From Pavona decussata (Eukaryota), in assembly GCA_977016875.1 (NCBI GenBank), contig CDRNST010000226.1:1240001-1304000 (forward strand): 64,000 nucleotides of DNA, written 5' to 3'. Made by a program: the position numbers and the translations under genes. Positions 13,401 through 24,974 of the stretch are shown here, piece after piece. The notes under the pieces were generated by a model. It saw only the letters and a list, made by a program, of their open reading frames with translations, was not told the origin of the DNA and did not search any database. The first letter of the stretch is position 1. The number at the start of each line of letters is the position of its first letter.

Positions 13401-13473
13401 CCTCTACAAGCCACTGCAAAGGAGTCCACCTTTCTCGCCAGGCTTGAAGAAGAATCTCCGTATTGACCGCCAT
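1402..13473 (-). CDS. MED24: Mediator complex subunit 24, 5' part (18 exons, ~584 codons; gene continues beyond the left edge)
   Basis: Hand-spliced exons in transcript order: 13353-13473, 12900-12982, 12158-12196, 11890-11963, 10863-10968, 10127-10262, 9398-9521, 8427-8517, 8245-8313, 7045-7161, 6096-6244, 5530-5619, 4873-4955, 4695-4720, 3874-4010, 3682-3725, 1834-1916, 1402-1583. All phases are compatible and all introns are GT-AG except one GC-AG. The translation MAVNTEILLQAWRERWTPLQW...CLVQQATFGSTPSSLILSYL...CPDTDEECL...LWIGFLFLKVP...FTPLLNDADIKC...LFNTSFLLLCHIAQVYG parallels vertebrate MED24 as recalled (ILQAWKERW, PNPLILSYL, WTAFTFLKIP, LTPLLDKADQRC, LFDISFLMLCHVAQTYG). Confidence 0.93.
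2045..2321. repeat. Interspersed MITE-like repeat rich in CCAAT/ATTGG motifs
   Basis: Multiple GATTGG/CCAAT motifs and the terminal sequence TTGAAAACCGCTCTA. Resembles an abundant coral repeat from memory. Confidence 0.5.
3018..3387. mobile_element. MITE, PIF/Harbinger-like
   Basis: TIRs AGGGACCTTAAGCAG / CTGCTTAAGGTCCCT, flanked by the 3-bp direct repeat ATT (3015-3017 and 3388-3390). Confidence 0.75.
4120..4650. repeat. Degenerate (GAT)n/(AAC)n low-complexity tracts
   Basis: Imperfect trinucleotide runs at ~4125-4245 and ~4487-4645. These produce the spurious M/I-rich and S/H-rich ORFs. Confidence 0.8.
6408..6588. mobile_element. MITE (GTTCCAGAAAA..TCTGGAAC family), copy 1
   Basis: Inverted termini GTTCCAGAAAA..ATCCATAC and GGATATTATCTGGAAC. 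A homologous copy lies at ~8928-9118. Confidence 0.65.
6680..6805. mobile_element. Short MITE (GGCCC.GTTGTTC.AA family)
   Basis: GGCCCCGGTTGTTCAAA ... TTCGGACAACCAGAGCC with internal GGATA/TATCC repeats. A related copy lies at ~60772-60891. Confidence 0.55.
7224..7500. repeat. (AAT)n and (AAT)n(CAT)n microsatellites
   Basis: Runs at ~7224-7262 and ~7414-7497. Confidence 0.95.
8928..9118. mobile_element. MITE (same family), copy 2
   Basis: GTTCCAGAAAATATCCATA ... GTATGGATATTTTCCAGAAC, with the shared internal sequence AAGT.TGAAGCTA..TTG.AATTTC. Confidence 0.65.
10547..10768 (+). mobile_element. tRNA-Thr(AGT)-derived repeat with inverted flanks (pseudo-tRNA 10645-10716)
   Basis: A box TAGCTCAGTGG, B box GGTTCGACTCC, acceptor stem TCTCCC/GGGAGA and anticodon loop CTAGTAA, but the anticodon stem is broken. 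The flanks are mutually inverted. Confidence 0.65.
11585..11845 (-). mobile_element. tRNA-derived SINE
   Basis: The reverse complement begins GTGGTGCAGTGTTGAGAGCACTCGCCTCCCAC (tRNA-like head), continues with a TGTGGGTTG..GTTGTTGGTTCT..TTCTCC..TCCACAAAAACCAACATTTCCAAATTC body, and ends in an AT-rich tail. Confidence 0.7.
12223..12424. mobile_element. MITE-like repeat (TTAACCCTTTAA..AAGGG family)
   Basis: Related degenerate copies at ~10360-10820 (interrupted by the tRNA-like element), ~23600-23820 and ~62275-62390 share GAGAATTTG..AACATC and ATATTGTAAGGAGAAA. Confidence 0.55.
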
Positions 13474-16299
13474 TTTGAAATTGGAGCTTAGTGGCCTGGC
13501 AGCCATCAATGCCGTCATCTAACAACCCGTGAAACGTCTCATTGTTTTTGTCTGACCACGCCGGAAACAGCCGGGAAACAGGCGGTCTTGGCGCGGACGG
13601 CTTGATCCACTGGCACTGATCCACAGGCATCTGAGTGGCCTATTCATGTGACTACTTGCTGTAGTTTGATTACCTTCGTTTTTTAATTGATAATAGCAAG
13701 ATAATTTTTATTCTCGAACAAGTTAAGACAGGCTAAATTTACATGCTTGGAAAAGAATAATAAATTTATAGCTGATTCAATTGCCTACAAATGTTCGAGG
13801 CGCCTATCTGAAGCAAAGGCCACCGAGACAATTCGTTCCTTTATCAAACAACCGTAATCAACATACTCAATATTTTAATGAAAAGTAATATACCTTTAGA
13901 TGATTGAAACCTAGAACTAAGCGTACACCCCTGGTCCAACTCACTGATTCAAGTCCAAAACGTTCACTGTATATATCCTTTACTTACAGTATATCCTTTG
14001 GATTTTTAAAACCAACAGAGATCTTCTACTGAATGTCGAAAGGGCTAAAAGGTGTTAAACTCCATTCGAAAACTCTTGAGTTGAGTTGAAGCACTGATCA
14101 GCATTATTCAGTAGGCCCGTTAGCACCCTCTACACGATTTAGTTTTAAGCATTGATTCTATGCCAGTTAACTTTGTTGTAAAGCAGCCACTGGAATTCAA
14201 TGCATTCGTTGCTCTACCAAAAAAAACCCTGCCGTTTTTATAACTGATTTCGGCGTGTCTCTTTCTATCGCTTCATTCTAAGGGAACCGTTTAGATCTGA
14301 TATAATCCACGAGTGAGTTTTATTTTAAAAGCCTGAGCTCAAGAGTTTTATTTTGGTAATAAAGCCATCAGTTGTGGGGAACACAAAACAAAAATTATCG
14401 ACGAGTGATCCAATAACCGGTAAATGAGAGCTCTATTAAACTTCGGCTTGATCGTAAGTGATAAATGAGAAAATTGTTTGCCTAGAGACCCCAGACTAAT
14501 CAAGTAATGTCCAGTGCAATGAGTAAGGTTTTTCCCGGTGTTGAATAGAGGCTAGGGCAATGAAATAATCTTACTCGAGTACATCGTTCAAGGATTTGAC
14601 CTTACACTCAACATGATTTCTTCTTCTTCTTCTTCTTCTTCTTTTTTTTTTTTTTTGGCTGATAAAAAAGGCAGCCCATTAGTTTATATTTTTAAAATTG
14701 AGCTGAACATTAGTGATAACTGACGCACGCAGTATTTCAACTGCAACATGTAGTGACAATTAGTTCGTCCGACTGTGATTGCGCCGTGCTCCAGTCGGGT
14801 TGACACCTCATTAGTGACTATATCCAAAACTGTTATACCAATAGGAACCCGTGGAAGCCAAAAGCTACAGACAATTAGCACCTGTTTTCTCCAAAGTTCT
14901 GGCTGAGAGGGCGATTGCGCGATCAAGGGTTGTGAAAACTCTTTAGGAACGCAGCCATGCGATAAATTGAATGTCTGTTTGAACAATACAGTACGGGTGT
15001 TTATTAGCATATAGTTTTCTGCTTGAGCACGCAACTTCGCCGAGTGCATAACTATGACAGGTATCATTCATGTATTTTGGCCCGTATTGAAAGTTTAAAA
15101 TTAAAACTTACACGATAACTCAGTAACTTTTTATTTTTGTTGAAAGGAAAACAAACCATAGCGTTCAGTATCAATAAAGGAACATTCGGTGACCAATCTC
15201 AAGCAATGCTTGAAACTTAAATCGCAGTTAAAAAATATAGTTAGAATGACAAGTTAATTGACCTTATCTCCATTTTCAAGTTGTCAATTCTTATATACTG
15301 CTCTATACTTTGTTCGGCATCATAACCCTGAGCAGATACACGGCTTAGTGGCTCTTCATTAGTACGACTAGAAAATGACACAAGTTTTCTGATATTTCTT
15401 ATCCCCGCCACCCATTTCAGTATAAGGACAATGATTCAGGTGCAGAAATGATAACAAACAAATGGACCTTACAGTGAAGCGAAATTTTTGTAATTTGCTG
15501 GCTTTTAGTATAGTCCATCTTGTCCTAAAACGTGTAAGACCAATTTTATTCTGTTATCCAGGAATGACTAACATTTCGGTTGTAATATAAAAATTGTACA
15601 TGGATATTATTAAACCGTGATGTATATCTATATATACATCAGGCTTCCTTCACAACGGATGTGTCTTTAATCAACAAAACAAGATAGTATTACTTGTATC
15701 ACCATAAAATACTTCACTAATATACAAGCTAAATCAAGTACAAATCGACAATAATAGGAAAAGTATAGCAACACTGAGACTAATACACAAATAGTATATT
15801 TTTCGGCGCCACTAAACACAGTCTGTAGACAGCCAATATTCGTGAGGTGCTTCGCTAATTATTTTCCGCGTTTACGATCCTTTTACAGAAAATAATTACA
15901 TTGGTTTATAAAAACAATTACGAGATCTTTACACGCCGTTGAAAAGCAAATAAACAAACAATAAGTTGTACAGATGAATTTAAGTCACTGATCATAAAAT
16001 TAAATCATCTTTCGTCAACGAGTTTGTGTTAAGGCAAGCAAATGAAGGAAAACAAATGCGCGTACGTGTAATTGTTGGGTTGCGTGTCCCGAAGTTTACT
16101 TTCCTTGAGGCGGTCTAATATATTACTCCGAAGTATTAGAGAAGCGTGAGAAAATGATGAAAACGCTTTTAGTATAAGTGGCCGATCAAGACATCTACAC
16201 GAATATCAAACGCTCAATTCCTGACAAGATTTCCTTTTTTTGGTAACAACACAGCAAATAAAGAAAGCTATCGGCCCAAACAAATATAAATACAAAGAA

Positions 16300-16500
16300 A
16301 CTCGTTTTCCCGCGTTCGACCACCTGTTGCCCTACGGAGCAGCACCAGCCAATGAAATCGTGTCATTGCTATTTGTAGCCAATTAAATTATCTCGCTGGG
16401 TCGAGGTCGTTTTTTCACAGATTTCGCGTGGTTGACCGCAGGCACAGCTGACAATAGTATTTGTTACTTAAAAATGCTTGTGATATAAAAAGGCGCGAAG
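16300..16500 (+). promoter_or_regulatory. Kelch-gene promoter: paired CCAAT boxes, E2F-like sites, TATA box
   Basis: AGCCAAT with the CCAAT core at 16349 and 16379; TTTTCCCGCG 16305-16314; TATAAAA 16484-16490 followed by GGCGCGAA. Confidence 0.45.
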
Positions 16501-16720
16501 CATGCGCCCGACACGAGGATAACAATTGCTGTGAAACAAAAAATTCTTTTGTCAACACACCAAAGAAAGGGCCGGTCGAAAATGAAAGTTTTGGCCTCCT
16601 GGTAACCATGAATAATGAGCCTCATTTGAATTTCATGTCCTTTGAAAGAAGATCAGCTATTATTTACATCTCGTTCTTTTGATAAAGGCTTTTATTTTGA
16701 TCTAGACCTATAACCGGTGG

Positions 16721-19700
16721 ATGTCTCGCACAATGGAAAGTACAACCAACGTGTTCTACGATTTTACTGACGACCAGGGAGCGAGCGATGCTCTGAATAA
16801 GATGAGCGATTTTCGAATGGAGAAGTGTTTTTGCGATGTGGTCCTTTCAACGGACGACGGAGAAGAATTTCACGCGCACCGCCTTGTTTTGGCCTCTGTC
16901 AGCGCGTATTTCCGTGCGATGTTTTTGACCGACATGAAAGAAAGCCACGAAACAAATATTACAATCAGAGGAGTGGATTCACAGGCGCTGAGAAGTTTAA
17001 TAGACTTCGCCTACACGTCATCGTTGAGAATTACGTTCTCAAATGTGCACTCCTTGCTATCAGCATCAAGTCTGCTTCAGTTTCTGACTGTGGAAAACGC
17101 TTGTTACGATTTTTTGCGGAACAGTATCAATGTCAACAACAGTCTGGAAATATGGAACTTGGCCGACCTCCACGGCTGCACAGAACTTTTGGATCTCGCC
17201 GAAAACTTTATTCGAGCCAACTTTGTGGCGATTTTAAAAATCGGCGATTTCAACGCGCTCTCCGTGAAGCAACTTGTGCGACTTTTTTGTCACGATAAAC
17301 TGAACGTCCCTTGTGAGAGTGTGGTTTTGTTCGGAGCGTTAGACTGGATCAAACACGATATGGCCAATCGACTCGAAAATCTAGAGGAACTTTTGGAGCA
17401 TGTCCGTTTTCCTTTAATGACGCGCAAATTTCTGATGGATACCGCGGCCAGAGAGGAGCTCATCATGAGTAGCGCGACGTGTCGGCAGTTTGTTCTTGAG
17501 GCTATCGACTATCATCTGATCCCCGAGCGAAGGACAAAGAACCGAATCCCGCGCGCGATCCCGCGTGAACGACTCAGTAGATTGCTGTACGTGGTCGGAG
17601 GTGAAGGTAAGGACGTTTTTTGAGGTTGACATTACGCACGAATAATAAACACAATTAAAAAACCATTTGCGCAACGATCCGAAGAATATCAACAAGGTCA
17701 CATCCACAAAAGACCGCATTTTTAGGAATTTACTGAAATCTGATCTATCATCAATTTGACACGACAAGTAATTTTGTCTCCCAGCGTGATTCCCATGTAA
17801 AATAGTCTTGAAGATCACGCATTTCTGCAAATTCGCCAAAAAAGAAGTCCCCGCATTATTTTTCCCTTATTGGCCCCGAAAAGAATTGAAACGGGAAGTG
17901 AGAGAAATGGACACGCGAGGAAACTCGAGAGGAAGCAGAGAGCAAAACAAGACAGCGGAAATATTCACGTGATCACGTTCTTTTTTGTTGTTGTTTCCGT
18001 ATATGCTCTCCTTGAAGGATGCCGGTGGTTTATAAGCGCAATGATAATAGTGAGAAAATATAAGCAAAGGCAGAAAAGTTATAATATCTAAAATTGTTTA
18101 ATACAAAAGGTTTGGGGAGGTAAAATAAATTACAAACATTCTCGTTTAACGTTCATGATATTATGGTAAGATAAAGCATTTATTAATTTTTATTATATAA
18201 ACAAATAATAACACTGCCAAAGACAGCAGTGTTGTCGAGACTTCCTTCGGACAGTTAAATACGACATTTTCAAGTAATTGACTCTCAAATGCTCTTATTT
18301 AAGACTTTTGCGTCAAGTGGGCACTTATCAATTGAAGGATGTTTTACATTTTTATTTATTTTATTCAATATAATTCCAAATTATATCTCAATGCACGAGA
18401 CAATCTAATAAATTTGAGGTCAGCTTAAAACAGAGTACGAGATTCTCTGGAAGTAGCCTGCGAACGCAGACGTATTTCCGAAGAGAAGTGACAGCCGGAA
18501 ATACGTCTGCGTTCGCAGGCTACTCTCAGTGGAAGAAGCCACCTAAATCGGCTTTCGCATGTTTAAGTTATCTCGTGTAGGGAAGTTTACGATATAAATA
18601 AATGTTAGCTTGGTTTTGTTAATATAACCTTGAAAAAAAATACTATTATGTCTTTTTTTTTGCGTGACCAAAAAGGTTTGTCCACCAAAATAAAATTTAC
18701 ACAAGAGAAGAACCATTTTAAGAATGTCACGTAACTGGATTCCTGTCCCATTTCTTGCCCTTCCCAGTATGCACTTCAGACGACATAGGTATCAAATGTC
18801 AGTTTTTGGACTTTTCGAGCACTTGCCTCTGTTCGCCTGAAAAACGCCAAAAATCACGCTTGGTCTGCATGCAGGCTAGTCAAGCACTTCAGTAATTTTT
18901 GGGCGGGCGTGATTTTGTTTGGTAAAACTCAAGCCCAAAATTCCAAAGATTACTTTATAAACTGCTTGTATGCAGGAAAACAATGCAATTTAGAATGGAA
19001 TTCCTTCTGCATGTCCACCGGCTGAGTCTCAGCAGCAAATTGACAGCCAGTAAGCTGATTTTTCCCTGGTTTGCCTGTCCCCAGTATACCCATTTCTGAG
19101 TTACTACTCTGGCATTCGTTGACGCCGGATGGCTTGTAAACGTCTCCTATACCTATTAGGGTAGGAGCGACAGGCTAAACTCGTAATAATTTAAGACCCA
19201 CCGTTTATGTTATAATTTGCAAGAGACAAGCCCCAAGTATGGTAGGAACTCATACCTAGAATAACTTGCCGCCAAACGTTTTTGGCCGATCGCGATGACG
19301 CGTAACTGTCAACACGTGCATGACTAAAGATAGGCTAGCAATACGTGCAAACTTCTGTCAAGAACTCAACTGCTTAACTAGAAGGCGGCTCTCCACACCC
19401 GCGTTTCAGAACTTAGGGGAAAAAGAGACTGCTCGCAGTCTAACAAAACACCGAGCTAAAAAACTCACTGCGATTAGCCTCCTCTGTTGTACTTTATTCA
19501 CGCTCCATAAAGCCGTCACTTAACCTTGACAATCATTCTTGATTGCAGAAAACCGCAAAGTTTTAAATAACGTGGAATACTTCGACTTCAATGAGAAGAA
19601 ATGGCGAGCAATTGCACCCATGATCATTCCTCGCAAGTACGCTGGTTCCGCAATCCTTGACGGTCAGCTGTATGCCGTTGGGGGAGTAAACAGGGAGTAC

Positions 19701-21258
19701 GCTGACCTCGTTACCGTGGAAAGCTATAATCCTTGTGTGGGCCAGTGGACGTCAGTTGCATCCCTCAACAAATGCAAAGGTGACTTCTATATTAGTATAC
19801 CTTGTGTGCTTGTGTTGAACAACAGAGTGCCAGGAGACAAGGCATGTAAAACTTAAAAATTAAATATTCTATAGTCCTGAAGGAAACACCGTGTCTAAAT
19901 AAAGATTTTACCTTGCCTTACCTTATGTGTTTGGTCTGGCTTGAATATCCAGTTCACCGGTCCATTGTACACCCCCTCCCCCCTTTCACATCCCCTTCAC
20001 CCCCCCGGTCCATTGTACACCCCCTTCCCCCCTTTCACATCCCCTTCACCCCCCCCCCCCCTTTCACATCCCCTTCACCCCCCCCCCCCCTCGGAGGGAC
20101 GGGGGCGCGAGTTGTGGCGGGGTATTCCCATGTAGAAATGACAGGCGTGACAGGCGTGATCGTTGTACCTTTTACACCGGAAACTTTGAAGATAAGTACT
20201 GCTTAGGGTGCTAACATGGCCACTGGAGAGGACCGTGATAGGGTCATGGCTGTTCACAGCGAGAGAGTAGATCACGGCTTCGTAAGCTCCTACGTTGAAT
20301 ATGACATAGATCATCAGTCTTGGTAAGACATTGCCGATGACCATAATGATAGCTGGCGAACCTCACTTCACACCTCCCGTAGAACTTCATGACTATAGAA
20401 TGTGAGTACCACCACAGAGAAGCAGAACGGGCGCTACAGCAAAGGCAACAACCTTCTGCCTTAAATGTAGCAGGGTATGCACCTCGCGTATAAACCTCCC
20501 AGGCTACAGCCCTTAGCGAGCATGTGGAAACTGACCCTTCCATTTAATCCTCTCAAGCAAGGACTCCACTATTGCTTCTTGTAAAAAGACATTGTACTGT
20601 ATTAGAAAATAAAGTCGTTTGTCTTCATTCTGTTTCCTTAGGTGCTCTGGCAGTATCAGTTCTAGAAGGATGGCTGTATGCTGCTGGGGGGTCTCACAAC
20701 GGCTCTGCACTGAAGAGCGTCGAACGTTACGATCCGATAAAAAATGAATGGACCCAGGTAGCCAACATGCGCTTACCCAGGAGCCACTTCGGGATGGCAT
20801 CCCTGCAGGGACGCCTGTTTGCCGTTGGGGGGTACTGTGGAATATCGGAAATCGAGCATGTCGAGTGTTACGATCCTATGACCAACAAGTGGGCCGACAT
20901 GAGCAGTATGAACAAGTCCCGGATGAACCACGCCGTGGTTACGTTCAGCGATCGCATTTACGTCATTGGCGGAAGCAACAGTGTGGGGATTCTGGACTCC
21001 ATAGAGAAGTACAATCCTGACTTGAACCTCTGGCTCATCATCCGTAACACGATGGATCCGCGGAGTGGGGCAGCTGCAGCCGTGGTGCTGGGAGGCGAGG
21101 AAGGACGACAGGAATTGTTCATCATTGGCGGTCATGATCAGCACAACAGAGACACGAACGCGGTTAAAAAGTTGAACCTGAGGTTTGCTGATTACTCCAC
21201 AGCCACTGCGCCGTGCATGAATCACCCTCGAGTGTTTGCCGCAGTGGCGTGTGCTTAG
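16721..21258 (+). CDS. Kelch-like protein (BTB-BACK-6xKelch, KLHL20/diablo-like group), ~577 aa, 3 exons
   Basis: Exons 16721-17606, 19549-19779 and 20642-21258 with GT-AG junctions, both phase 1. BTB motif FCDVVL...FHAHRLVLASVSAYFRAMF, BACK motif LLEHVRFPLM, and six Kelch repeats with the GG dipeptide and YDP..W motifs. The exact orthologue cannot be assigned by eye. Confidence 0.93.
18452..18524. mobile_element. Miniature hairpin element with perfect 29-bp arms
   Basis: AGTAGCCTGCGAACGCAGACGTATTTCCG, a 15-nt loop, then the exact reverse complement. Confidence 0.85.
19956..20092. repeat. C-rich minisatellite in Kelch intron 2
   Basis: Units CCGGTCCATTGTACACCCC (x2) and CCCCTTTCACATCCCCTTCACCCCCC (x3). 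Confidence 0.85.
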
Positions 21259-21588
21259 CCTCTAGCCAAGTTCATCTGTATGTGCGTGGAGTAAACAGAG
21301 TCGAGAATTGTTTTCATTGACCTTCGTCCCTTGGAAGAACACTGGTCCGACGAGCCATATTTCAGAACCAGAAGCGAGAAATAAGCGTAAAAAGCTGTCA
21401 AAAATTGGCTCTAGAATAAGATAGAGGTGCGTTTATGTAAGCCCTCGCATTCGTTAACGCTGTGAATTTTAGTGAACCCAAGTATTTTACACAATAACTT
21501 ACCATACGCAAAGTAGGTGAACATAGGGCCGTTTGGTGCAAGAAGCCAAGATTACCCGGCAGGAAAAAGTTCCTTTCCGGGGACCGCA

Positions 21589-21744
21589 AATAGAGGGTTT
21601 ACACGGCGGTCATGTTGGAGGACAGTTGCAGAACAATAAAAATAAATATTTGCATAAAAGTAAAGTATATTTCCCAAAACAAAATCATTAATATTTTACT
21701 GTTTTATACCTCCCGTGTTATGGGCGCCGTAAAAACTCTCTATT
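21589..21744. mobile_element. MITE with short TIRs
   Basis: AATAGAGGGTTTACACGGCG ... CGCCGTAAAAACTCTCTATT. Confidence 0.55.
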
Positions 21745-22012
21745 CCAAATCTCGACTCGTCATTGTCAAGAATTGAAATTCATTTTTTCAAAGTGTTAAA
21801 TTATAAAGTTTAATGAGCAGTTTCTTTTTTTTTTAATATATGAAATGTTTTATCTTTATTCTATTTATTGTTACAGACGCGCAACACCATTCCACAGGAA
21901 CTTTGACATTAATCTTACGTAGCCAAGTTTAATGTATTCGCACTTTAAACTTTATGGAAGGTAGCAATCAGCAAATTGTTTTCGACAGGTCTACGAGACC
22001 CGAAACCGAGCC

Positions 22013-22093
22013 AACCTTGTGCCCTGGGTCTCTCTTCTTCCCGCCCCCGCTGGGGTGGGGGTGGGAGAGAAGAGAGACCCTGGGAACGACGTT
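22013..22093. mobile_element. Miniature hairpin element
   Basis: AACCTTGTGCCCTGGGTCTCTCTTCT ... AGAAGAGAGACCCTGGGAACGACGTT form imperfect inverted arms. Confidence 0.65.
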
Positions 22094-24974
22094 GAAACCG
22101 TGCAAGAAAAGCCCCTGTCACCCAGGGTAACGAGACTCCTTCAGTCTGCTGCTGCTGTTCGTGTTTATGAACCGCTACCACTCACTTTTTATCATGTTTG
22201 AACTTAACGAGGGAATATCAATAGTAATCAATAACAAAGAGGGATACATCAGATTAGAATCAGTAATTCAGAAACAGAGTAATAGTTGGTGCACGTTAAA
22301 TTGAACGAAACAAAGTAACGAATAAGGTGCGTTACTCCAAACGTTTAGTTGAGGGGGGGGCGGGGTAGGGCGGAGGAGCAGGGGAGGCATTTGAAATCTT
22401 GGGAGTAGAAGTAAAAATTATTATCGTTGCAATTTTTTTATGGGCGGGGAGGGGGAAAATTCCCCCACCAAACTACCCCTTTCCCAGGATTTCCAACACC
22501 CTCCAAAGATCAAAACTTTGGGATTGCGGAAGTATTTATTTGATTCGTGAACTGGTGAAGCAAAATATGGGTAACATAAAATGGAAACACTTAAAAAAAA
22601 TATATGAGAGAAACCTATCTTCTGTAAATACGAGCCATACACATGTAAAAGCTATCGCAACATTTGTTACTGGTTTGGGGGCTTTAATGTTAATGTTATT
22701 AAAACACTTTACCAGAAAAACTGCAGTTTTGTTTACTTTTATTACAAATAAAAATTAATGACAAATTATTATTTTGTACGCGTCAAACATTCCTATAAGT
22801 TTTAACATGCGTTTCCTTCAATAACTTAGTATTTGAATTACATGTAGCTAAAAAAATTGGCAGGTGCAACAATAGCAATACTCCATCTTGCTCACTTTAC
22901 CACTGGCCTACAGACAAACTTCTGTGTTTGTGTCTATCACACAGCACCTCACTAATTAATTCTGAGAAGTTAAACCATTACTTTATAGTCGCTTTATGTT
23001 AGTTAATTGTCCAATCATTACACAAAAACAACAAACTCTTTGTTTCACCAGCTAATAGGCCACGGGTTGGCACTTTGATATCAATGGCTGACATCTACAA
23101 AATCTTTGTTATAACAAGAGTTGTGCTTACTTGCTTTTATGATTTCCCACAATCCTAGCCCTTAACCAGCTTATTAGTGAAGAACAAGGCACAACAAGAA
23201 TAACATTGACGAGTAGAGGGAGCTGTACATTGTTCGTGCTGCTTACTCTACTCACTGACTTTCCTTCCAATGTCCTCTTTCCCACTAAAAACCTTTTCAC
23301 AAGCTACACAAGCCAAGCAACCAAAACAAAAGAACATCTGACTGACTTTTTTTCTCTTTTTAAGGACAATAGGATTATTCTTTATAAGTAAGTCTAAAGA
23401 TGACAAAGAATCAAAGAAACCTGTTTCTTACATGACAGCTGGTCTGTAGGTGGAAATAGAAACTAGTTACCTACATGGTTTTTGTGCATACCTCCTTCTG
23501 GAAAACTAATCAATGCATGTACAAGTTTATAGCCAGATGCAAATAGCAGAATTAGTTTTGGAACACTTAAAAGTTCTTGAGAGCAAAACGTACTTTAGTG
23601 TCCCAAAACCCAAAGAAACCAGCATCCAATTTCTCCTTACACAATCACTGCTTGATCAAACACACATGTTATGAGAGTATAGAAAAACGAGCACAAAAGA
23701 TAAAATAGAGCAGTATCTTGGCATTAAAACCAGTAAATTCTCCCATCTCATACCACAAGAAATCTATGGATGGGAGTAAGAAGAAAAGGCGTGTTGATAT
23801 TGGGGCTTCAAGGGTTAAAGGACCCTAACCATTTTTGATGGTGAAGCAAAATCTCACTGCTTTACGGTAAGTTGTGTTCCTGAAAATATGTTTCATTATC
23901 TTTAGTAGTTTCACAGTGATTTCGTTCATTTCAACATCCTCTGAATAAAATATAACAGCCAAACTCTCGCATATAAACAAAAACAACGGTGTGGCAAACT
24001 AGGGCCCTTTAAGGTGGGTTTGAGACCGATAAAAATTAAAGCTTGTACTTGCTTCAAGGGCAGTTTTAAAATATGCACAAATTGGAACTTGTCCAGATGG
24101 CAGAATTTTGTTACTGATCCGGAATGCATTCTTTGCTTAGCTTCAGAAGTTACATACATGTAGAAAGATAAGGTGTTTGACATTAGCAGGAAAGGGCTAT
24201 TTATAGCGATAAATGAAACAGCCATGACTGGATCACAATCCCCGAACACAAAGCTGCAAAACAGCTGTAACTCCCAAAAGCAGTAATTGCTCAGATATTC
24301 TACAAGAAAGGTAAGTAAATAATGATATATATATTTTCTGCAGCATGTCTAGGGAAATTTCCTTATTTCAATATTCGTAAATGGCCAATGACCTGCTCAC
24401 ACACATAACTGTACTGACATAACTTGAAAATTGTTGCAGGTTTTAAAAGTTTTGTGATTCTGGGGGATTTTATAATGATCTAAACAACACAGACCCTATG
24501 GAAAAGTATTGGTCATAAGATATTTTATGCAAAACTTTGCTATCCTATGGAAAGCAATGTGTGAAAGGCTATATCAGACAAGTTCCAGACCTAATCAGTG
24601 AACAAACCTTGAAATAAAGTACTGCAGAGTTTCTGGGTTTCATCAAACAAAACACTAGACATCAACAAAAAGGAAAAATTTAAGTTTTTTCACTTTTCTG
24701 TTCCATGTGCAATTCAAGCGTTGTTGTTCTGTTTTTCAAGTTCTCTGTAACTGCCCATCCACAAAATAAAAAATCTGACATGCAAAAATCCCATGAAATT
24801 CAGAAACACATTTCCAGCATTTGATTATGAATACTTTTCTCCCAGAAAAAAGATTCTTAAACTCCCTTTCTTCCCACTTAGTCTCTTCTATCACAGATAT
24901 ATGCTCCTTCAAGTTGCCATAACAACTTCTGTTACCAATTTGTTTCAAATGTTCTATTTGTGCGGGCCGGTCTA

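Noticed and set aside
16825-17839. Alternative-frame and antisense ORFs over the Kelch exon (also 20773-21225 and 54857-55605)
   Set aside because: Shadow ORFs of GC-richer real coding sequence.
20075-20543. Hydrophobic minus-strand ORF MVIGNVLPRLMIYVIF...
   Set aside because: In-frame stops immediately upstream, no family recognised, and it lies in a repeat-rich intron.
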